A DNA stretch of 63,983 bases, filler included, from Fonticula-like sp. SCN 57-25 (taxonomy: Eukaryota): the NCBI GenBank assembly GCA_001724245.1. It is 10 parts of 10 records of this genome, joined end to end, with 100 filler letters (N's around TTAATTAATTAA, not from the genome) between each part and the next. Parts side by side here need not be neighbours in the genome. Positions count along the whole stretch, not along the records: positions 57,946 to 63,983 come from MEDX01000489.1; 9 more parts are not named here. One strand, given 5' to 3'. Of the stretch, positions 57,946 through 63,983 are shown piece by piece. A program made the translations under genes and the position numbers. How positions within the stretch are numbered: the stretch's first letter is position 1; every line of letters starts with the position of its first letter. Below the pieces are notes generated by a model that did no database searches, had not been told where the DNA came from, and saw nothing but the letters and a program-made list of their open reading frames with translations.

Positions 57946-60643
57946 CGGCTGATCCTTCACCACCTTATCACCCGCCTTGACCATCACCTGCGTGATCTTG
58001 CACGGCATCGGCGTCAGCACCGAGTTCAACCCCGCCGCCGACGTGTCATTCAAAAACGACGGCGGCGGCAGCGTCACAATAGCACGATCATTCGGCGCAA
58101 ACACGTGGACATCGTCGCCCTTGCGCACAACTGTCCCCTTTATCCGCTCGCCGTTGATCTCGAAAAGCACGTGACCGTTGCCTTGGAGGGCGCCGGTGAC
58201 ACCTGAGAAGGTTTCGGTGCCGCTGGCGGTGGCGACGGTGGCGTCAAAGGAGTTGTCGCGGTTGTAGGAGAGCGTGACGGTGCGGGGGGTGTCGCCGTCG
58301 GTGAAGGTGAATGTGCGGGAGAGGCGCTGGTTGAGGCGGAAGCCGTCATCATGGCGAGAGGGAGAGAAGGGGTCTAGAAGAAGAAGGAATGGGTCAGAAA
58401 AGAGGGCCAAAAAGGGATGAAAAGGGATGGAAAGTACAGAAAAAGTATAAAAAACTGTACGAAAAGTACATCAAAAGCACACTAAAAGTACATTAAAAGT
58501 ACATCAAGGTACATCAAAAGTACATCACTTGTACGCTAAAAGTACATCAAGGTACATCAAAAGTACATCAAGGTACATCAAGAGTACATGAAAAGTACAT
58601 GAAAAGTACATGAAAAGTACATCACAAGTACATCACAAGTACACACAATTACACTTAAAGTACACAAAAAGTACATGAAAAGTACATGAAAAGTACATGA
58701 AAAGTACATGAAAAGTACATGAAAAGTACATGAAAAGTACATGAAAAGTACATGAAACTACACAATGTCCTGACCTCCCTTTCCTCCCCTAAAACATACC
58801 CTGGGAAGCAGCCGCATTGACACCCGTCGCCTCACGCTCCTCCAGCGCAATCGCCACCGCCGCACGCACCAGCGTCCCCGCCGTCGCCTCCTTCTTCTTC
58901 TCCGGCAGCAAATCAGCCCTATACTTTTCAATGAACCCCGTCTCAACTTCACCCTTGACAAACGCCGGGTGACCCGCAAGGTCCTTTAGGAAGGAAATGT
59001 TGTTTGCCGGGCCGACAACTTTGTAGTCGTCGAGCGCGTACTGGAGCGCGCGAAGGGCGGCGTCGCGGTCCTCGTCCCAGACGACGAGCTTGGCGATCAT
59101 GGGGTCGTAGAAGACGCTGACGTCGTCGCCTTGGCGGACGCCGGTTTCGACGCGGATGCGGCGGGGGGCAAAGACGGGGGGGGTGGAGAGGTGCGTCAGG
59201 TGGCCAGTGTCGGGCAAAAAGTTGCTGAGAGGAAAGGTGAGTTGAGGGCAAAAAGGTGAAAACAAGGTCAAAAAGGAGTAAAACAAGGTCAGAAAAAGAG
59301 GAAAACAAGGTCAAAAAGTCAAAAAATACACACAAATACACATAAAAACATGAAAAATACACATAAAATACACACAACACACACCACAAAACCATCCACT
59401 CCCCCTCATAAAATCCTTCTCTCGTACTTGCGCGGGTTCTCGGCGTAGATGCGCGCCTCAAAAGCATGACCCTCACGGCGGATCTCGGGCTGCAGCAGCG
59501 GAAGGCGGTTACCCGCAGCGACGCGCAGCTGCCACTCGACGAGATCCGTGTTGGTGATCATTTCGGTGATCGGGTGCTCGACCTGGAGGCGCGTGTTCAT
59601 TTCCATGAAGAAGAACTTGCCAGTGTCGGCGTCCATGATAAACTCGACCGTGCCGGCGCCGACGTACTTGACGGCGAGCGCGGCGTTGACGGCCTGGCGG
59701 CCGAGGTCCTGGCGGATTTCTTCGGGGAGGCCGGGGGCGGGCGCCTCCTCGAGGATCTTTTGGTGGCGGCGCTGGACAGAGCAGTCGCGCTCATAGAGGT
59801 GGACGGCGTTGCCGTGCGTGTCGGCAAAGACCTGCACTTCGACGTGGCGCGGGCGCTTAAGGTACTTTTCGACGAGCACCTTGTCGTCGCCAAAGGACTT
59901 GATCGACTCGCGGCGAGATGACTCGAGCATGGCGGCAAAGTCGGACGCGCGCTCGACGATGCGCATGCCCTTGCCGCCGCCGCCGCTGACGGCCTTGATG
60001 AGGACGGGGTAGCCGATCTTGTCGGCTTCGGCCTTGAGGAACTCGAGCGACTGCTCGTCGCCGTGGTAGCCGGGGACGACGGGGACGCCGGCGTTGATCA
60101 TGATCTTTTTGGACTCGCTCTTGGAGCCCATCTCGCGGATGGCAGAGGCGGGCGGGCCGACAAAGACAATACCGTGCTTGCCGCACTGCTCGGAAAAGGC
60201 AGCGTTCTCAGAGAGGAAACCGTAGCCGGGATGGACGGCCTGCGCGCCAAACTGCTTGGCGACGGCAAGGATCTTGTCCGAGCGGAGGTAGGACTCGGCA
60301 GAGGCAGCGGGGCCAATGCAAATGGCCTCGTCAGCCATGCTCACGTGGCGCGAGTGGCGATCAGCCTCGCTGTACACGGCAACCGTCTTGATACGGAGGC
60401 GGCGCGCAGTGTTCATCACGCGGCACGCAATCTCACCGCGGTTCGCCACAAGGATCTTGTCAAAGAGAGGGCGGTCTGCGAGTAAAATGTCGGGCAAAAT
60501 GAGCACCAAAAACCATCCAAATTCGAGCAAAGGGCAAAAAACATACCCTGCGGAGCATTGGGCGCCACAGAGGACAGATAGCGCGCTCCAAAGACCAACT
60601 GACGGGCATCTTGCCGCGACACCGATACCGCCGCACGCAGCAT
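57946..60643 (-). CDS. MCCC1: 3-methylcrotonyl-CoA carboxylase alpha subunit (biotin carboxylase), 3' truncated
   Basis: Presequence, [65 protein letters not shown]. Confidence 0.93.
58435..58757. repeat. Intronic minisatellite, unit about 11 bp (AAAAGTACATG / AAGGTACATC)
   Basis: Many tandem gtacatgaaaa/gtacatcaa copies inside MCCC1 intron 58374-58799. Confidence 0.95.
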
Positions 60644-61230
60644 GGTCCTTGCCTTGATCAACCCAGAGCCGAAGACCCCAAAGAGAAACACGTGATTGGC
60701 AGGATTCCAGCCAATCAAAGCCCACCGAGCGAATGGGGCTGTAACTTTTCGGAAACCTTTCGGTAATCTTCCTGTAATCGTACGATGACTTTACCATACC
60801 GTAATCTTTCGTGAACGTTACGGTAATCTCATCTGTTTTTGGCGATCTGATTTTGTTTGATTTTCGCCGGACTTCCCGAATAAGGCGTCTTCACATTCCA
60901 TTAATCAGCGCGTGTTGAGTGCGATCTGCGGCGAGGCTCGAGAGGAAAAAGGGCAGCCGAGGTAGTTGGCACGCGGTTTTTGGAAGCGAGCCAGAGAAGC
61001 AACAGGAGGGAGCGCAGAGTGGTTAAGGACTCGGCGCTTTTAAATAAGTTTTTGGGAAAGCGAGGTTTCGGACCTAGGGGGTACGTGGTATTTTTAGCCT
61101 TCCGAGTAGAAGTGACTCATGCGTGGGCGCCTATCGACAGATTCCGTCGTGACTGCAGCTCTCCGAGTACTCCCTTTTGGAATTACACTGTTTATAGCTT
61201 TGCTGTGTTCAGCGTAGGAGAGTGAGCATC

Positions 61231-63983
61231 ATGTCGCAAATTTCGCTCAAGATTGACATCGTCAAGCTTGGCACGACCAAGACGATGCTGGTACGCATGG
61301 GCCCCGCCCCACTTTTGACCCCGCGAGCGCGATGCTAATTTGCGCCACAGTTCCACGGTGACATGACCGTGCAAGAGGCGTGCAAAGACATTCGCGAAAA
61401 GCTCGGAGAGGAGGTTGGTGCCGGCGCCGACCATGGCCTCTTCTGGCCCGACAATGGAAAGTGGCTCGAGCCCAAGCGCACGCTTGATTTCTACGATTTG
61501 AAGAGCTCTGACCAGATCGAATACAAGAAGAAGCACCGCCCTCTTCGCGTCAAGATGATGGACGACACCATCAAGACCATTTTGGTTGACGATTCTTTTA
61601 ATGTGCAGCAGCTCGTGCAGACGGTTTGCAACCGCATCGGCATTGCCACGCCGGACGAGTTTTCGTTCACGACCGAGGCGCTCCAGAACAGCGCCAAGAT
61701 CGTCAAGGACGTAAAGTCAAAGACCCCGCACCACCACCAGCAGGCCGGCGAGCTCTGGCTCAACCCCGACAAGTCGCTCCGCGAGCAGGGCGTCGACGAG
61801 AGCGAGGTGCTGCTGCTCAAGAAAAAGTTTTTCTTCTCCGACTCGAACGTCGACCGCAATGACCCCATTCAGCTTAATTTGCTGTACGTGCAGGCGCAGG
61901 AGGCCATTGTCAAGGGCACGCACCCCTGCACCATGGACGAGGCCTCGCAGTTTGCGGCCCTTCAGATGCAGGTCCAGTTTGGCAACCACGAGCCCGACAA
62001 GCACAAGCCCGGCTTCCTCCCGATGGACCAGTTTGTCGCGCCCGAGTACGTCAAGAAGCGCTCCGACATTGAAAAGAAGATTCTGCAGGAGCACCGCAAG
62101 CTGCAGGGCATGTCTGAGCTGAACGCAAAGTTCCGCTACGTGCAGCTCTGCCGCTCCCTCAAGACGTACGGTGTGACCTTTTTCGAGGTCAAGGAAAAGG
62201 TGCCCAAGAAGAACAAGATGCTCGCCATCCTGCTCGGTGTCACCCGCGACTCGGTCCTTCGCGTCGACGCCGAGACCAAGGAGGTGCTCAAGGTGTGGCC
62301 GCTGACGTCGCTGCGCCGCTGGGCCGCGAGCCCCAACTCGTTCACGCTCGACTTTGGCGACTATGAGGACTCGTACTACACCATCCAGACGCCCGAGGGC
62401 GACGCCATCTCGCAGCTCATTGCGGGTTACATTGACATTATTTTGAAGAAGCGCAAGGAGGCCGACCGCATCGTGAACGACGACGAGACGGAGCTCGCCG
62501 TCACCGAGGATATGATTCTCCCCGGCCAGGCGACGGCCATCTCGGTCGTCCCCGGCAAGGCCGGCCACGCCATGGAGGTCAACATTGCGCAGATGGGCCA
62601 GGTGTACGGCAGCGACCCCAACTCGGGCATCTCGATGAGCCACGTGCAGAATGTGCAGTTTGCCAACATGATGGGCGCCAACGCCGGCATGCAGATTGGC
62701 CAGCGCCCCAACATTACGAGCATCGGCAACGCGTCGGGCGCCCAGCAGGGCGTCCTGCAGCACATCACCGGCGGCTTTGCGGCCGTCAACGCCGCCCAGT
62801 CGGACCTGAGCGTTGCGACGACGCTCCCGCCGCTCGGCACCGACCCGGCGTCGGTCCAGTGGCGCAAGCAGACGATGGAGATTAACAAGCAGAATGTCAT
62901 CTCGCAGATGGCGTCGCACTTGGCCGCCGCCGCCTCCATCATCAACCTCACCGCGGTGGATCCCGAAAAGATGAACCTCGCCACCATCAGCACCAACATT
63001 TCGACGCTGACCACGGATCTCACTCAGCTGGCCTCGGGCGCCAAGATGGTCGCCGCCCTTATGGACAACCAGCAGGACGCGGATCACCTGCTCGAGTACG
63101 CCCGCGGCATCGCCAGCGCCACGCAAAAGCTGCTCGCCGCCACGCAGCCCGTCATCATGGGCGAGGGCAACCGCCAGGATCTGCTCGGCGCCGCGCAGCT
63201 GCTCGGCCTCACGTCGGGCGACATGATCAAGGTCATGGGCGACGCTGACGTGTCGGCCGACGCGCAGCAGGAGCTCATCGACCTCGCCAAGGCCGTGACG
63301 CTCGCGATGACCGAGACGGTCGGCACCGCCAAGGCGGTCGCTGCCAAGACGGCCGACCCCAAGGAGCAGCAGGAGGTGGTCAGCATCACCAAGCAGACCG
63401 CCACCGCTGCGGCGCAGCTCTTGTCGACCACCAACGTGGTCGCCGCCACGATCAACTCGCCGCTCTGCCAGGAGCAGCTTGTGCAGTCGGCGGCGCTCGT
63501 CGAGTTCACGCTCGGCGCGCTCGTCTCAAAGGCCAAGGTCTCGTGCAGCGACAAGGACGCCGTCATCGAGCTCGGCAACAAGACGGACCGCGTCCGCGCG
63601 GCGCTCACCCGCCTCGTGGAGAAGGCGCGCATGGGCGGTCTCTCTGACGAGGACCTTTCCGAGCTCGATCGCCAGGTCGACCTCGTGCTCACGGCGTCGC
63701 AGGCGCTGCTCGACAACTCGGGCAGCGCTGCCGCTCTCATTTCGGCTGCCAAGAACGTCGCTGTGACGTCGACCAACCTCGTCAACGCACTGCGCAAGCA
63801 GGCCGAGACCGAGAGCGACCCCGCGGAGAAGGAGCGCCTGCTCGCCGCCGCGCGCGCGCTCGCCGACGCGACCCAGAAGATGGTCGCTGCCGCCAAGGAC
63901 GCGGCGCGCAACCCGAACGACCCGCTCTTGCAGGCTCGCCTGCGCGCGTCCGTCGAGGCCGTCGAAGAGTCGGCCCGCTCGTC
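61231..63983 (+). CDS. TLN: Talin (F0-F3 head and start of rod); runs off the window and is absent from the ORF track
   Basis: MSQISLKIDI..KTML|F, RPLRVKMMDDTIKTILVDDS, KKFFFSDSNVDRNDPIQLNLLYVQ, CRSLKTYGVTFFEVKEK, RRWAASPNSFTLDFGDY, ISQLIAGYIDIILKK, LPPLGTDPASVQWRK; intron 61291-61350. Confidence 0.97.

Noticed and set aside
61717-63911. Long minus-strand ORFs (469, 275 and 198 aa), and similar antisense ORFs over RPC1, NCDN and the adaptins
   Set aside because: Shadow ORFs caused by GC-rich codon bias of the real gene on the opposite strand

Overview
Eukaryotic genomic DNA, not one locus. It is ten unrelated contigs of about 6.2-6.8 kb joined by artificial 100-nt linkers (44 N + TTAATTAATTAA + 44 N). 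Genes are compact and GC-rich, with GT-AG introns (GTRCG/GTATG donors, CTRAC branch sites), so the ORF track fragments most of them and misses talin entirely. Recognisable genes: SKI2 3' end, a PQ-loop transporter, PINX1, a perilipin/Opi1-like protein, an MPN+/JAMM protein, a SENP6/7-like protease, AP-4 beta, a RapGAP-LIM fusion, a 7-repeat FG-GAP membrane protein, LZIC, an F-box/WD protein, ATAD5/Elg1, a DIS3L2-like RNase, a TEX2/Nvj2 SMP protein, CARMIL, HMG-less SSRP1/Pob3, a patatin/cPLA2-like lipase, ARS2, AP-1/2 beta, RPC1, low-MW thioredoxin reductase, RabGGT alpha, a TMEM242-like protein, neurochondrin, a forkhead factor, a DUF2433-RRM protein, MCCC1 and talin. Mobile DNA: an internally deleted Ty3/Gypsy element plus Helitron and MULE-like remnants. 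The mix of animal-type and fungal-type genes suggests a unicellular opisthokont, possibly a nucleariid (inference). The most unusual signals are: (1) a C-to-G polarity across exons, with complementary purine and pyrimidine ends in long introns; (2) frame-independent CACGTG clusters inside gene bodies; (3) a recurrent (CAAACTG)n promoter motif also carried by the LTR; (4) unusual domain architectures (perilipin-Opi1, RapGAP-LIM, DIS3L2 with duplicated modules). All family calls come from motif recognition by eye; no searches were run.
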